A stretch of 64,000 nt of DNA, taken from the NCBI RefSeq assembly GCF_043726505.1, contig NZ_JAYSKH010000265.1, one strand, 5' to 3'. The notes beneath the pieces were generated by a model, which saw only the letters and a program-made list of their open reading frames with translations, had not been told where the DNA came from and did not search any database. The position numbers and the translations under genes were made by a program. Position 1 is the stretch's first letter, and each line of letters starts with the position of its first letter. This DNA is from Undibacterium sp. Its GTDB lineage: Bacteria > Pseudomonadota > Gammaproteobacteria > Burkholderiales > Burkholderiaceae_D. Shown here one piece after another: positions 1 to 10,462 of the stretch.

Positions 1-511
1 CCATGCCGCACAACAAGGGCCAGACAATCGCTGCATGGTCGCCGGCAGCCACGCCCAACCGTGTATGGCCGTCGATAATGCGCGCCGACTTTGCGGCAAT
101 GGAAATATCCGCCAGCAAACCAGCAACCAGGCCAGCACCGACGGCCGGCCCATGCATCGCGGAAACGATGGGCTTGCTGCAGTTGATGACGTTGTAGACC
201 AGATCCTTGGCTTCTTTCCACACACGGGTGCGCACGGCAAAGTCGCTGGCCATGTCCTCTACCAGCGACAGGTCACCGCCAGCGGAAAAACCCCTGCCCT
301 CGCCACGGATGACGGCTACCCGCACCTGAGGGTCTTCATCCACGGTGCGCCAGATATCGGCCAGTTCGCGGTGCAAGTGCTGGTCTGCGGTGGACAGCTT
401 GCCGTTGGCCGATTGCGCAGCCCCCATGACAATCTCAAGTATGCCGCCGGGATGCAGCTCCAGTTGCAGCGACTGGTATTTGTCATACAGCGAAGGTGGC
501 GCGACGGACAT
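1..511 (-). CDS. Enoyl-CoA hydratase/isomerase (crotonase family), C-terminus runs off the window edge
   Basis: Not in the ORF track. Manual minus-strand translation from ATG at 511: [17 protein letters not shown]...[17 protein letters not shown]...[17 protein letters not shown]...GVAAGD, with the crotonase oxyanion-hole motifs FSAGGDL and GPAVGAG. The frame is open to position 2. Confidence 0.88.
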   Translation of the reverse strand, partial: MSVAPPSLYDKYQSLQLELHPGGILEIVMGAAQSANGKLSTADQHLHRELADIWRTVDEDPQVRVAVIRGEGRGFSAGGDLSLVEDMASDFAVRTRVWKEAKDLVYNVINCSKPIVSAMHGPAVGAGLVAGLLADISIAAKSARIIDGHTRLGVAAGDHAAIVWPLLCGM

Positions 512-584
512 GATGAACTCCTGCTGAAAATAAATAGAGGGCGGATGCGGCAACCCTGCGCCTTTAGAGACGTTGCTGATACGG

Positions 585-1880
585 CTACTGCGGCCTCTGC
601 ATCTTGCATGAGCTCGGCAGGGCCGTCAATGCAGCATCGAAATAGCGCTCGGTCTTGAAGCCGTAACCACTGCCTTCATTATCAAAGCGCACACTGCCGC
701 CATCGCGCTTTTGCATGACGGACACATACAGCGGCTGTATCAGCTGGTGGTCTGCCGCGCGCATGCTGGCGCGGTAAAAGCTGTTGCTGAACTGCGCGCC
801 TTCCATTGCCCTGGAAACTGCTGCGGCTTCAGTGCTGCCGGCTTTTTCTATCGCTGCCGCCAGCATGTTAATCATCACATGCATGCGCATGTGCACGTAA
901 TCATCCTTGGGGTCCGGGTACCGTTGGCGGAAGCGGCTGTAGAACGCATCACTGTCGGCGCCGCCAGCATTCGGATGCCATTCAGCCACCGCCCTGACCC
1001 GCCCTATGCCCGCATTCCCTATTGCTGCCGGCGCACCCAGCGCATTGGCATAGAAGGTATAGAACTTGGTATTCATACCGGCATCCCTGGCTGCCTTGAT
1101 CAGCAGCGTCAGATCATTACCCCAGTTGCCGGTGATGACGGTATCTGCGCCACTGGCCTTGATCTTGGCCGCATAAGGTGAAAAATCCTTGATCCTGCCT
1201 ATCGGATGCAACTCATCGCCGACGATGGCAATGTCGGGCCGTTTTGCCGCCAGCATGCTGCGCGCCGATTTGGCAACCTGGCGGCCGAAGGTGTAATCCT
1301 GGCCTATTAGATACACGCGCTTGGCCTGGCTGTCATCCTTGATGACTTCGGTCAATGCATTCATGCGCATGTTGGCATCGGCATCAAAACGGAAATGCCA
1401 GAAGCTGCATCTGTCATTGGTCAGGCTGGGGTCGACCGCCGCGTAGTTCAGGAACAGTACGCGGTTGTCGGGCGCGCGCTGGTTGTGCTTGTTGATCGCC
1501 TCGACCAGCGCCAGCGCTACCGCCGAGCTGTTACCCTGTACGACAAACGGAATGTGCTGGTCGGTCACGCGCTGGAATTCAATCAACGACTCTTCCACGC
1601 CCTGCTTGTTGTCAAAGGTGGCAAGCGCCAGCGGATGTTTTCCATCCGGCAATTTTATGCCGCCGCGTGCATTGACGCCTTCTATGGCCAGTTGCAGATT
1701 GCGGACCACGGCCTGGCCCGCATTGGTGAATGAACCGGACAGCCCGTCTATCATTGCGATGCGGATAGGTGTAAGCGTAGTTGCCGGAGCGGAAGTTGTG
1801 GCCGCATTTGCTGCCGACGCCCCCGACAGCAATGCGGCGGACAGTATGACAATTGAGACGACAGTTGCTACTCTAAACAT
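585..1880 (-). CDS. Branched-chain amino acid-type ABC transporter substrate-binding protein (LivJ/K-like, orphan)
   Basis: Signal peptide, then [17 protein letters not shown]...[34 protein letters not shown]. Start moved to ATG 1880. Confidence 0.85.
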   Translation of the reverse strand: MFRVATVVSIVILSAALLSGASAANAATTSAPATTLTPIRIAMIDGLSGSFTNAGQAVVRNLQLAIEGVNARGGIKLPDGKHPLALATFDNKQGVEESLIEFQRVTDQHIPFVVQGNSSAVALALVEAINKHNQRAPDNRVLFLNYAAVDPSLTNDRCSFWHFRFDADANMRMNALTEVIKDDSQAKRVYLIGQDYTFGRQVAKSARSMLAAKRPDIAIVGDELHPIGRIKDFSPYAAKIKASGADTVITGNWGNDLTLLIKAARDAGMNTKFYTFYANALGAPAAIGNAGIGRVRAVAEWHPNAGGADSDAFYSRFRQRYPDPKDDYVHMRMHVMINMLAAAIEKAGSTEAAAVSRAMEGAQFSNSFYRASMRAADHQLIQPLYVSVMQKRDGGSVRFDNEGSGYGFKTERYFDAALTALPSSCKMQRPQ

Positions 1881-2023
1881 GGATTTGCCTGCTGAATGCC
1901 ATAAAACAGCCATTTTACATGCCGCAGGAAAAGTAAAGGCAAGGGCGCACGCCGTCTGCCGCCTACAGCAAGTTACGCTTTACTGTCATCGCAGCGGTGT
2001 GCAAGAACGTTTACACTAGCATC

Positions 2024-3160
2024 ATGACCAGTATCGCATTGCCAATGAACAAACAAACAGGCCGCCCCCCGCGGCGCTGGGCGTTGCCGCTCATCGCAAC
2101 TGTGCTGCTGCATATCGTTGTGCTGTATTGGGCAGATGAAAAGATCAACCTGCCCCGGCCGAAGGAGCAAATTGAAAGAACGGTGGAAATCAGCCTGGTG
2201 CCCAAACCAGCCGATCCTCCCCAAGTTAAGCCCCAGCAGACGCCGCCTGTTGAAGCAGTAAAACCACGGCCCCGCCCCTTGCCTCGGCTAGTCGCCAGTC
2301 CAGACTTCTCTTCAGCGCTGACTGCGTCGGATGAACCTTCGGAATCCGCGATGGCGGCAGCCGAAGCCGCACCTGCGGAGATCGCTCAGCCGGTTACGCC
2401 GCCGCCCGACCTGGTATCAGGCATGCCGGAAGTGCCGGTTGCACCTGTGGTTCCAGCGGCAGACAAACCCGCCAAAGACCAGAACCCTCATTATGCGGTG
2501 AGCCCGCCGGCATCCGCCCGGCTGATGCTGGAGCTGAGCAATACCAAACCGGGCCAGCCCAATCCTTATTTGGGCGAAGGCGAGATCAACTGGGAAAACA
2601 GCAACGGCAGATACCGGATGACGATGAAGGCCGGGCTCAAGGTGCTGTTCGCTTCCGTCAACCTGCTCAGCATGCGCAGCGAAGGGCTGATAGATGCCAA
2701 CGGCATCGCGCCTGTCACCAGCAGCGAAACACGCCGCGGCCGCTCGGAAACGGCCACGCATTTCAACCGGGAAGCAAAAACCATCACCTTTTCCGCGTCC
2801 ACCAAGAGCATGGCGCTGAACGATGGCGCGCAGGATAAAAACACAATCATCATGCAGCTGGCAGGCATAGGCAATGCCGATCCCAAGCAGATGCAGCCTG
2901 GCAAAGAGTTTGCCATCCAGGTCGGGGAAGACCGGGAGGCGACAGTATTCCAGTTCATCGTACAAGGGCAAGAAACCATTACTACCAAGCTGGGCACACT
3001 GCATACCTGGCATCTGGTGCGCCCACCTCGCCCTGGCTCTTACAATTCCAGGCTTGATGTGTGGCTTGCGCCGGAGCTGCAATGGTATCCTGTGCAGATA
3101 CGCAATACAGAAACCAGCGGCGCCGTCACCACACAGACCGTGGTCAAAATCACGCAATAA
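2024..3160 (+). CDS. DUF3108-like protein with N-terminal membrane anchor and Pro-rich linker
   Basis: TM segment (LPLIATVLLHIVVLYW), Pro/Ala-rich stretch, C-terminal domain ending RLDVWLAPELQWYPVQIR. Paralogous to the next gene. Confidence 0.7.
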   Translation: MTSIALPMNKQTGRPPRRWALPLIATVLLHIVVLYWADEKINLPRPKEQIERTVEISLVPKPADPPQVKPQQTPPVEAVKPRPRPLPRLVASPDFSSALTASDEPSESAMAAAEAAPAEIAQPVTPPPDLVSGMPEVPVAPVVPAADKPAKDQNPHYAVSPPASARLMLELSNTKPGQPNPYLGEGEINWENSNGRYRMTMKAGLKVLFASVNLLSMRSEGLIDANGIAPVTSSETRRGRSETATHFNREAKTITFSASTKSMALNDGAQDKNTIIMQLAGIGNADPKQMQPGKEFAIQVGEDREATVFQFIVQGQETITTKLGTLHTWHLVRPPRPGSYNSRLDVWLAPELQWYPVQIRNTETSGAVTTQTVVKITQ

Positions 3161-3180
3161 TATCTTCAGGAACATCCAGC

Positions 3181-3948
3181 ATGCGTCATAGCAGCAATAA
3201 AAAGGGCAGGCATCTCTGCGTCATCTCCGCCTTCTTCACGGGCGCACTCCTGTCGTTGGCCGCCCACGCTGACAGCGGCGGCAATGCCTATAATCTGCCG
3301 CCATCGGCGGATTTGCAGTACGCAATCAAGGCCAGGCAGAGCGGCATACCATTTTCAGGCGATGCAAGCGTCAAATGGCGGGTCAGCGGCTCGGTGGGCA
3401 GCCAGAAGTACAGCGTAGTCACCGAAACCCGCGCACCTATCTTCGGCAAGGTACTGGATGCCAGCAGCACCGGGGTTATCGACAGCTATGGGCTAGGACC
3501 AGAAAAATTCGTCGAAAAGCGTTTCCGCAAATCTGAAACAACCACCAGTTTCGACCGCGCTGCCAAACAAATCAGCTTTTCCGAATCGGCAGAAAAATAT
3601 GTGATCAAGGGCGGTGAGCAAGACCGCACCAGCGCTGTGTGGCAGCTAGTCGCACTAGCGCGCGCAGCAGGCGACAAATTCAAGCCGGGTTCCGAATGGC
3701 ATTTCCTGACTGCCGGGCGGCGCGATGCCGACCCGTGGTCCTTCAAGGTGATTGCGCAGGAGACCCTGCCCACCGCATTCGGCGAGCTGGCCACGCTGCA
3801 CGTCGTCAAGGCACCGCCGCCGGACTCCAAGGATCAGCAGCTGGACCTGTGGCTGGCGCCATCGCTGGAATGGTATCCTGTGCGCCTGAAATTTGAAGAT
3901 GCGGATGGTGACTTTGTGGACCAGACGATCAGCAATATCAAGAAATAA
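3181..3948 (+). CDS. DUF3108-like secreted protein
   Basis: Signal peptide (...LLSLAAHA). C-terminal QLDLWLAPSLEWYPVRLKF matches the upstream paralog. Start moved to ATG 3181. Confidence 0.72.
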   Translation: MRHSSNKKGRHLCVISAFFTGALLSLAAHADSGGNAYNLPPSADLQYAIKARQSGIPFSGDASVKWRVSGSVGSQKYSVVTETRAPIFGKVLDASSTGVIDSYGLGPEKFVEKRFRKSETTTSFDRAAKQISFSESAEKYVIKGGEQDRTSAVWQLVALARAAGDKFKPGSEWHFLTAGRRDADPWSFKVIAQETLPTAFGELATLHVVKAPPPDSKDQQLDLWLAPSLEWYPVRLKFEDADGDFVDQTISNIKK

Positions 3949-3997
3949 TAATCCGGCCTAAATAATTCAGCATCACACCTACCCAATACCTATCTAT

Positions 3998-4729
3998 ATG
4001 AGCACATCTACTGACAGCGCCCTGGTCCTCTTCAGCGGGGGCCAGGATTCCACCACCTGCCTGGCCTGGGCCTTGTCCCGCTATAGCCGCGTCGAGACCA
4101 TAGGTTTCGACTATGGCCAGCGCCATGCGATAGAACTGACGGTACGGCCCACCTTGCTGGAGAAAATGCGCGGTTTCTCGGCAGACTGGCAACAGAAACT
4201 GGGTGAAGACCACATGATAGATCTGTCGCTGATCTCCCAGCTATCACACACCGCAATGACCGAGGACATCGAAATCGTCATGCAGGAAAACGGCTTGCCA
4301 AATACCTTCGTGCCGGGCCGCAACCTGATGTTCATGATGACGGCAGCCACGTTGGCCTACCGGCGCGGCATCAACGTGCTGGTCGGCGGCATGTGCGAAA
4401 CCGATTTTTCCGGCTATCCGGATTGCCGCGACGATACGATGAAGGCCTTGCAGGTTGCCTTGAACCTGGGCATGGCAACCCGCCTAAAAGTGGAAACGCC
4501 GCTGATGTGGATAGACAAATCGCAGACCTGGGAACTGGCACAGGATCTGGGCGGCGAGGCTCTGGTAGACCTGATCCGCGCCGATACCCATACCTGCTAC
4601 CTCGGCGAGCGCGGCCAGTTGCACGACTGGGGCCACGGCTGCGGCACCTGCCCTGCCTGCGAACTGAGAGCGCGCGGCTACCATCAGTTTGTGGCGAAGA
4701 AAAGCAATAACAAGGTCGCCAAGGAATAA
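3998..4729 (+). CDS. queC: 7-cyano-7-deazaguanine synthase
   Basis: [10 protein letters not shown]-loop, [25 protein letters not shown] zinc motif. Confidence 0.96.
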   Translation: MSTSTDSALVLFSGGQDSTTCLAWALSRYSRVETIGFDYGQRHAIELTVRPTLLEKMRGFSADWQQKLGEDHMIDLSLISQLSHTAMTEDIEIVMQENGLPNTFVPGRNLMFMMTAATLAYRRGINVLVGGMCETDFSGYPDCRDDTMKALQVALNLGMATRLKVETPLMWIDKSQTWELAQDLGGEALVDLIRADTHTCYLGERGQLHDWGHGCGTCPACELRARGYHQFVAKKSNNKVAKE

Positions 4730-4751
4730 TACAGCCTGTTGCAATGGCGAT

Positions 4752-4792
4752 AAAAAGCCGGGACATGCATAGGCATGTCCCGGCTTTTTTTA
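4752..4792. terminator. Bidirectional intrinsic terminator
   Basis: AAAAAGCCGGGACATGC-ATAG-GCATGTCCCGGCTTTTTTT between the convergent queC and SBP genes. Confidence 0.9.
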
Positions 4793-4843
4793 TGCGGCTA
4801 GGCTGCTGATACGGCAAACCTGCCTATGTGGCAAACCTTCAGT

Positions 4844-5995
4844 TTAGCGCGTGACGGTAATCAGCTCACGCTTGCCGCTCTTGTACGTATATAAGGTCAA
4901 CGTGCCGTCGCGGATATCGCCGTGCTCGTCAAACGCGATATTGCCGGTAATGCCCTTGTACTGGATGCTGGCCAGCGCCGGCAGGTATTTGGCAGGTTCA
5001 GATGATCCCGCTTTCTGCATTGCGGCTACTACCGTCATCACGGCGTCGTAGGCATACGGCGCGTTCAGCACTACAGGGTGGCCGAACTTTTTGCTGAAGT
5101 CGGTTTTGAATTTTTCCAACCCACCTTTCATGCCCTCCTCCACGCCGCCGGCTTCCGCGCAGACAATCTTGCCTTCACCCAGCGCCTCGCCAGCCAGTTT
5201 TGCCAGGTCGGTCGAGCAGATGCCGTCGCCTCCCATGAATTTGGCTTCTATGCCCAGCTGCTGCATCTGGCGCAGCATAGGGCCGCCTACCGCATCCATG
5301 CCGCCGAAGAAAATCAGGTCAGGCTTTTTGCCCTTGATTGTCGTCAGGATGGAGTTGAAATCGGTAGCCTTGTCTGTTGTGTACTGGCGCGGCAGCATCA
5401 ATACGCCTTTTGATTTTCCGGTCGCACCCTTGATGAACTCATCAGCAACGCCCTGTCCGTACGAAGTGCGGTCATCGATGACGGCAATCGTCTTCGCCTG
5501 CGTTACCTGCACTGCATAGCGGCCCAGCGTACCGCCCAGCTGGCCGTCATTGGCGACCACGCGGAACGCCGTATTAAAACCCTGCTGCGTATATTTAGGA
5601 TTGGTGGCAGAAGGAGATATCTGCGGGATGCCGGCGATATTGTAAATTTTAGATGCCGGTATCGTGGTACCCGAATTCATGTGGCCGATGACGGCGTTGA
5701 CCTTGGCGTCCACCAGTTTTTGCGCCGCTGTCGTCGCCTGCTTGGGATCGCTGCCATCGTCTTCCGCTACCAGTTCAAACTTTGCCTTCTTGCCACCTAT
5801 CGAGATATTTTTCGCATTCAGTTCATCGATAGCCATGCGGGCGCCGTCTTCGGTATCCTTGCCCATGTGGGCGGATGGCCCGGACAACGGGCTGACATGG
5901 CCTATCTTGACCAGAAGATCTTCGGCAAACGCACTTCCCTGCCATGCCAGCATGATGGAAGCGACGATGGGTAAAACGCAGATTTTGGCATTCAT
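4844..5995 (-). CDS. Branched-chain amino acid ABC transporter substrate-binding protein (BraC/LivK-like)
   Basis: Signal peptide; KIGHVSPLSGPSAHMG, EDDGSDP, GHMNSG, SPSATNP, DDRTSYGQG. Confidence 0.92.
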   Translation of the reverse strand: MNAKICVLPIVASIMLAWQGSAFAEDLLVKIGHVSPLSGPSAHMGKDTEDGARMAIDELNAKNISIGGKKAKFELVAEDDGSDPKQATTAAQKLVDAKVNAVIGHMNSGTTIPASKIYNIAGIPQISPSATNPKYTQQGFNTAFRVVANDGQLGGTLGRYAVQVTQAKTIAVIDDRTSYGQGVADEFIKGATGKSKGVLMLPRQYTTDKATDFNSILTTIKGKKPDLIFFGGMDAVGGPMLRQMQQLGIEAKFMGGDGICSTDLAKLAGEALGEGKIVCAEAGGVEEGMKGGLEKFKTDFSKKFGHPVVLNAPYAYDAVMTVVAAMQKAGSSEPAKYLPALASIQYKGITGNIAFDEHGDIRDGTLTLYTYKSGKRELITVTR

Positions 5996-6173
5996 GGTTC
6001 TCTCGGTCCTGGTATATTATTAAAATGGAAAGCCGCCGCGGCGGGTACGATAGTCTGCATTTACCCAAGGAAAATGCAGAACTTCGGAGTCCATTTTTCT
6101 ACCAAGCCTTAAACCGCACAAACCATGTTTTCTATACAGATGCATTAGAAAATCTAATACCGGACTTACAGCA

Positions 6174-7169
6174 TCAGCTTACCAGTCTGGCCATCGCCGC
6201 CAGCATGGCATCTCTTTCCAATTCAAACTGCCGGCACTCTTCGCCTATCCATTCGGTAAACGCCTGCACCGCGCGGCTATTCCTGGCATTGCTATTCACG
6301 ACCAGGCCGTAGGCCGCGCTCGCGCACGTGGCTAGCGACACCGCCGGCAACAGCTTCTCAGATGCCAGCTCATCGTGGATCAGCGAAGTGCGCGCCATGG
6401 CGATTCCCTCTCCGTGCACGGCAGCATTGATCGCCAGCTGCGCCAGATTGTACTGGTGCCCGTGTGCGCCAAATTTCTCCACCGCACCCAACTTGTCCTG
6501 CGTCGCAATACGCAGCCACTCACTCCATTCCGCGCACGGTGCAGCGCCTTCCCACGGCGCATCGTCATGCAGCAGGCTTAGCTTCTGAAAATCCGCAGCC
6601 TGCTGCACCGGCTGCGCTTGCTGCAGGAAAGCGCTGCTGGCCACCGGCAGCAGGTATTCCTTCATCAGCGGAGTAACGTTCTGCTCCCGCTTATCGTGTA
6701 ATTGTTCATAAAGCACCAGTACATCAACGCCTTCCAGGTTCATCCTGGATGTGCTCATGCCAAACAGTTCCCCGCGCAGCTTGATCTCTATCTGCGGGTA
6801 CAGCCTGCTGAAACGGCTCAGCCTCGGCATCAGCCACATCATTGAAAAAGACGGCGACGAACGTATTACCAACGTTTCAGAAGCGGCGCTGGGCTGGATT
6901 GCCTGCATCACCGTCTCTATCTCCGTCAGTGCCAGATGCACGACACGGAACAGGCGTTCGCCCTCCGGCGTCAGCGCTAGCCCGCGCGCTAGGCGGCTGA
7001 ACAGCCGGACGCCCAGTTGCTCTTCCAGTCCCTTGATCTGCTGGCTGACGGCGCCCTGTGTAACATGCAGTTCTTCGGCGGCGCGGGTGAAACTGCAGTT
7101 CCTTGCTGCCGCTTCAAAATACTGGATGGCATGCAGGATCAGCGGTGTAACGATCTGGTTGTGCGGCAT
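6174..7169 (-). CDS. LysR family transcriptional regulator (GcvA-like)
   Basis: FEAAARNCSFTRAAEELHVTQGAVSQQIKGLEEQLG HTH; WLMPRL; LLHDD. Confidence 0.92.
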   Translation of the reverse strand: MPHNQIVTPLILHAIQYFEAAARNCSFTRAAEELHVTQGAVSQQIKGLEEQLGVRLFSRLARGLALTPEGERLFRVVHLALTEIETVMQAIQPSAASETLVIRSSPSFSMMWLMPRLSRFSRLYPQIEIKLRGELFGMSTSRMNLEGVDVLVLYEQLHDKREQNVTPLMKEYLLPVASSAFLQQAQPVQQAADFQKLSLLHDDAPWEGAAPCAEWSEWLRIATQDKLGAVEKFGAHGHQYNLAQLAINAAVHGEGIAMARTSLIHDELASEKLLPAVSLATCASAAYGLVVNSNARNSRAVQAFTEWIGEECRQFELERDAMLAAMARLVS

Positions 7170-7237
7170 GATGGCTTCCCGGAAGAGCGTTAGCTGGATG
7201 GAATATCTATCGCCTTATTTTGCACCCACCGCCACAC

Positions 7238-7252
7238 ATTAGCAAATCTAAT
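7238..7252. promoter_or_regulatory. Candidate LysR recognition site (T-N11-A dyad)
   Basis: ATTAG-CAAAT-CTAAT inverted repeat in the divergent spacer. CTAAT half-sites are typical of GcvA-type sites. Confidence 0.6.
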
Positions 7253-7334
7253 CACCCCATATAGAAATCATGGTTTGCCCGCCCGCTATCGCCGGGCAAA
7301 TAATGGCGCCTCCAATAACAGTTACCGCACAGTC

Positions 7335-8057
7335 ATGAGCAAACCCGTCATCGCCATCACGCCCGACCGGGACAACGGCGCAGAAGACATAGAAGCGCAT
7401 TTCTTCATCCGCCGCAATTATTGTTCGGCAATCGCCGACGGCGGCGGCACCGCCATCGTGCTGCCTTACCGCATGGACGCCGTCGACGACTATCTGGATC
7501 TGGCGGACGGCATCGTCCTCAGCGGCGGCATGTTCGATATCGCACCGGCACTGTACGGCGCGGCCAGCAGCCATCCCGACAAAGTCGTCCTGAAGGAAGA
7601 CCGTACCCGGTTTGAGCAGGCAGTGCTGCGCGGCGCACTGGAAAGGCGTATGCCGATACTGGGTATCTGCGGCGGCATGCAACTGATCGCCGTCGAACTG
7701 GGCGGCCAACTGCACCAGCATCTGCCTTCCGATCTGCAGGATGCCACTGAGCATAAACAGCAGGCGCCCTGCAACGAAGCGACACACCGTATCCGCATCC
7801 AACGCGGTTCTCAGCTACATCGCATCTTGGGGGCCGATGAATGCAGTATCAACAGCCTGCACCATCAGGCGGTCATCCGAGGAAACAGCCGATTTTCCGT
7901 AGGCGCTGTCGCCGACGATGGCGTCATAGAATCGATTGAGGCAAGCGAATATCCATTCTGCATAGGTGTGCAGTGGCATCCTGAATATGCCGTCAACGAC
8001 TGCGAGCGCCTTTTGTTCGCCGAGCTCGTCCGGGCCGCTGCATGCATGCGCCGCTGA
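7335..8057 (+). CDS. Gamma-glutamyl-gamma-aminobutyrate hydrolase family (PuuD-like, class I glutamine amidotransferase/peptidase C26)
   Basis: LSGGMFDI, GICGGMQ (catalytic Cys), NSLHHQA, GVQWHPE (His-x-Glu). Start moved to ATG 7335. Confidence 0.9.
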   Translation: MSKPVIAITPDRDNGAEDIEAHFFIRRNYCSAIADGGGTAIVLPYRMDAVDDYLDLADGIVLSGGMFDIAPALYGAASSHPDKVVLKEDRTRFEQAVLRGALERRMPILGICGGMQLIAVELGGQLHQHLPSDLQDATEHKQQAPCNEATHRIRIQRGSQLHRILGADECSINSLHHQAVIRGNSRFSVGAVADDGVIESIEASEYPFCIGVQWHPEYAVNDCERLLFAELVRAAACMRR

Positions 8058-8605
8058 CCGATCTTGGACGCCATCCGGCATACCGTTCCCTGTACGCCGC
8101 AGCGGCGGTACTGGAGCGTTTCATGTCGGCGCATACGCGTGAAATAGGACTCAGGCAGATCATTGCAGGCGTGCAGTTTGCAGAAGCCGATGTCAGAAAA
8201 GCCTGCCGCAGCTTAAGCATGGCCGGACTGATCATGCCCGGCAGCGCAGCCAACCGCTGGATGCTGGCAGCTGATCCGGGGAAGATTACGCTGGCCGATG
8301 TGTGGAGCGCCATTACGGCAAGCAATGCAGGCAGCAAGCCTATGCTCCAGCAAATTGCGCTTGGCGACAGCAAGACCGGCATGCTGGTCACGCAGGCGCT
8401 ACTGTCTGTCGAACAACAACTGATCGCGCACCTGTCGCGCTTTCATCTGGATACGGCAAGCCATGCGCAGACTGGTTTCCAGTATGTGAATTACCGTGCG
8501 CGCAGAAATATTCGCTTCAGCCCGCCTGTGCGAATGGCGGCCGAAACATCTGCCTTCCAAACGGAAGAAACGGCTATTATCGAAGATGCGCTGCAGCCAG
8601 CCTGA
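8042..8605 (+). CDS. Rrf2-like winged-helix protein (divergent)
   Basis: LSMAGLI...WMLAADPGKITLADVWSAI resembles the Rrf2 wing plus ITLxDV motif. The start is uncertain. Confidence 0.5.
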   Translation: MHAPLTDLGRHPAYRSLYAAAAVLERFMSAHTREIGLRQIIAGVQFAEADVRKACRSLSMAGLIMPGSAANRWMLAADPGKITLADVWSAITASNAGSKPMLQQIALGDSKTGMLVTQALLSVEQQLIAHLSRFHLDTASHAQTGFQYVNYRARRNIRFSPPVRMAAETSAFQTEETAIIEDALQPA

Positions 8606-8636
8606 TCACATATCAGCAGATCGCTATTAGAAGCTA

Positions 8637-9392
8637 CTACATCTGCCTGAACTGGTGCTGGAACGCCTGCGAAACATTCAGCCATTCGGCATCTCCGCCA
8701 AGCCGCAACACCAGGCCGCCATCGGCGCGTTGTACGGCATCGATGGCGGCAACACTGACAATGGCACTGCGTGATATTTGCCAGAATTTTTCGGCATCAA
8801 GCGATGCCATCAGCTCCTTGATTGGTGTGCGGATATGCGCTTCAAAACCAGCCGTCACCACTCTGGTATATTTCGCATCCGCGCGAAAACAGCGAACATC
8901 GTTGACATTGATGAAGCGCAGCTGGCTACCGCTGGAAGCCTGTATCCAGCTCAGGCGTTCCGGCCGATGTGGCTGGTATGGCGGATGCGCCTGCAAGCCG
9001 GACAGATCCGCCGGCCGCTGCGTCAGCCTTGCCTTGATACGCTGTATGCAAACGGCAAGACGTGCAATATCCAGCGGCTTGAGCAGGTAATCAACAGCGC
9101 CATGGTCAAAGGCATTCACCGCATATTCGTCATAGGCAGTCAGGAAGACGACATGCGTTTTTCCGGCAGCGACGCGGGCCACTTCTATGCCGGATAAGCC
9201 GGGCATGCGCACATCCAGAAAGGCAACATCGGGGTGGAGGTCGGCAATCTGTTTGGCGGCGGTGATGCCATCCGGTGCCTCTGCAACGACGTTCAGTTCC
9301 GGCCACAGCTGCTTCAACGCGTGCATCAGTTCGGCACGTAACACAAACTCGTCCTCCGCGATGATTGCGCTGGCGCGCAATGCATTCGTCAT
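8637..9392 (-). CDS. LytTR family response regulator
   Basis: Receiver domain (AEDE, FLDVRMPG, TAYDEYA, DYLLKP) plus LytTR domain (FWQISRSAIV, VSQAF). Confidence 0.93.
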   Translation of the reverse strand: MTNALRASAIIAEDEFVLRAELMHALKQLWPELNVVAEAPDGITAAKQIADLHPDVAFLDVRMPGLSGIEVARVAAGKTHVVFLTAYDEYAVNAFDHGAVDYLLKPLDIARLAVCIQRIKARLTQRPADLSGLQAHPPYQPHRPERLSWIQASSGSQLRFINVNDVRCFRADAKYTRVVTAGFEAHIRTPIKELMASLDAEKFWQISRSAIVSVAAIDAVQRADGGLVLRLGGDAEWLNVSQAFQHQFRQM

Positions 9393-10462
9393 TTCGTGCC
9401 TCCCACCGTGGCAGGCAGCATCAGGCTTGCCTTAACGCCGGATGGCTGCAATGCTTCCAGGCGCAGTTCCGCGCCAAGGCCAAACATTGCGTGCAAACGC
9501 TCCTGCAGGTTGAGCAAGCCTATGCCGCCGCCTGTTTCGCTCTGAAATCCTTGTCCGTCATCGGCAACATCCACCACCAGTCGGCCGTCAACACAGGCGG
9601 CGTGAATATGCAGGCTCCCTCCCCGCACCTGCGGCTCCAGGCCGTGCTTGATGGCATTCTCCACCAGCGTCATCACAGCCAGCGGCGGAATTGTGCAGGC
9701 CAGCGCTTCCGGCGTGGCGCTGATGTGAAAATCCAGGCGCTCCGCCATTCGCATCTTGATGATTTCCAGGAAGGCCTGCGCGCGTTGCAACTCCTGTCCT
9801 AGGCTGGTTGTATTGGTGCGAAGATCGGGCATGGCTGCCCGCAGATAAGCAATCAGATGGTTCAGCATGGATTCCGCAGCGACCGCATCCTGCCTGATCA
9901 ATGCCCGCGCGTTGGCGAGCGTGTTGTATAAAAAATGCGGTTCTATCTGGCCCTGTAATGCCGCCAGCCGAGCTTCCAATATGCGGCGCTCAGCCTGATG
10001 CCTGGCTTGCTCCTGCGCCAGCGCCAGATCGGCGCGCCGCTTCACTTCCGCATTGATTTCCTCGGGCACGTGCAGGATGGCGATGAAACCCGCCAGCACC
10101 ACGGGCAGCATCCACGCCGGATGCTGCAATTGCGAAGTAGGCCAGAACGCTTGCTGCGCAACGCACGATATGGCCACACTTATGCCCGTGACAGCGGCCA
10201 GCAGAGGCCACCGTGCCGCAGCAGATGTCAGCAGCCTCCTTTTGCGCATGCAAGCCAAAACCGTGTCGACGATACAAAAACATATGAGCAATGCGATGCA
10301 GTCCGCCATCCACGCATGCGCTTTCCCGACGTGCGATGCCGCCATCAGCAGCAGTGCTACGACAGCCGGCCATACGGGCCACCGGGCGATAGAGGGTGCC
10401 GTCCCGGCGGGCCCGCTTTCGCCGCCGGAGCGCAGTTTTTTACCAAGAAATGCCAGAATCAT
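9389..10462 (-). CDS. LytS/YehU-type sensor histidine kinase
   Basis: N-terminal TM helices; QIEPHFLYNTL H-box, TLVENAIKHG N-box, DDGQGF, GIGLLNLQERL. ATGA overlap with the LytTR gene. Confidence 0.92.
   Translation of the reverse strand: MILAFLGKKLRSGGESGPAGTAPSIARWPVWPAVVALLLMAASHVGKAHAWMADCIALLICFCIVDTVLACMRKRRLLTSAAARWPLLAAVTGISVAISCVAQQAFWPTSQLQHPAWMLPVVLAGFIAILHVPEEINAEVKRRADLALAQEQARHQAERRILEARLAALQGQIEPHFLYNTLANARALIRQDAVAAESMLNHLIAYLRAAMPDLRTNTTSLGQELQRAQAFLEIIKMRMAERLDFHISATPEALACTIPPLAVMTLVENAIKHGLEPQVRGGSLHIHAACVDGRLVVDVADDGQGFQSETGGGIGLLNLQERLHAMFGLGAELRLEALQPSGVKASLMLPATVGGTK

Noticed and set aside
3-658. Plus-strand ORFs 3..197 and 35..658
   Set aside because: Antisense shadows of the minus-strand enoyl-CoA hydratase, which the track missed because it is truncated at the edge.
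3949-3997. preQ1 riboswitch upstream of queC
   Set aside because: The 49-bp spacer shows no hairpin or A-rich pseudoknot tail that I could recognise.
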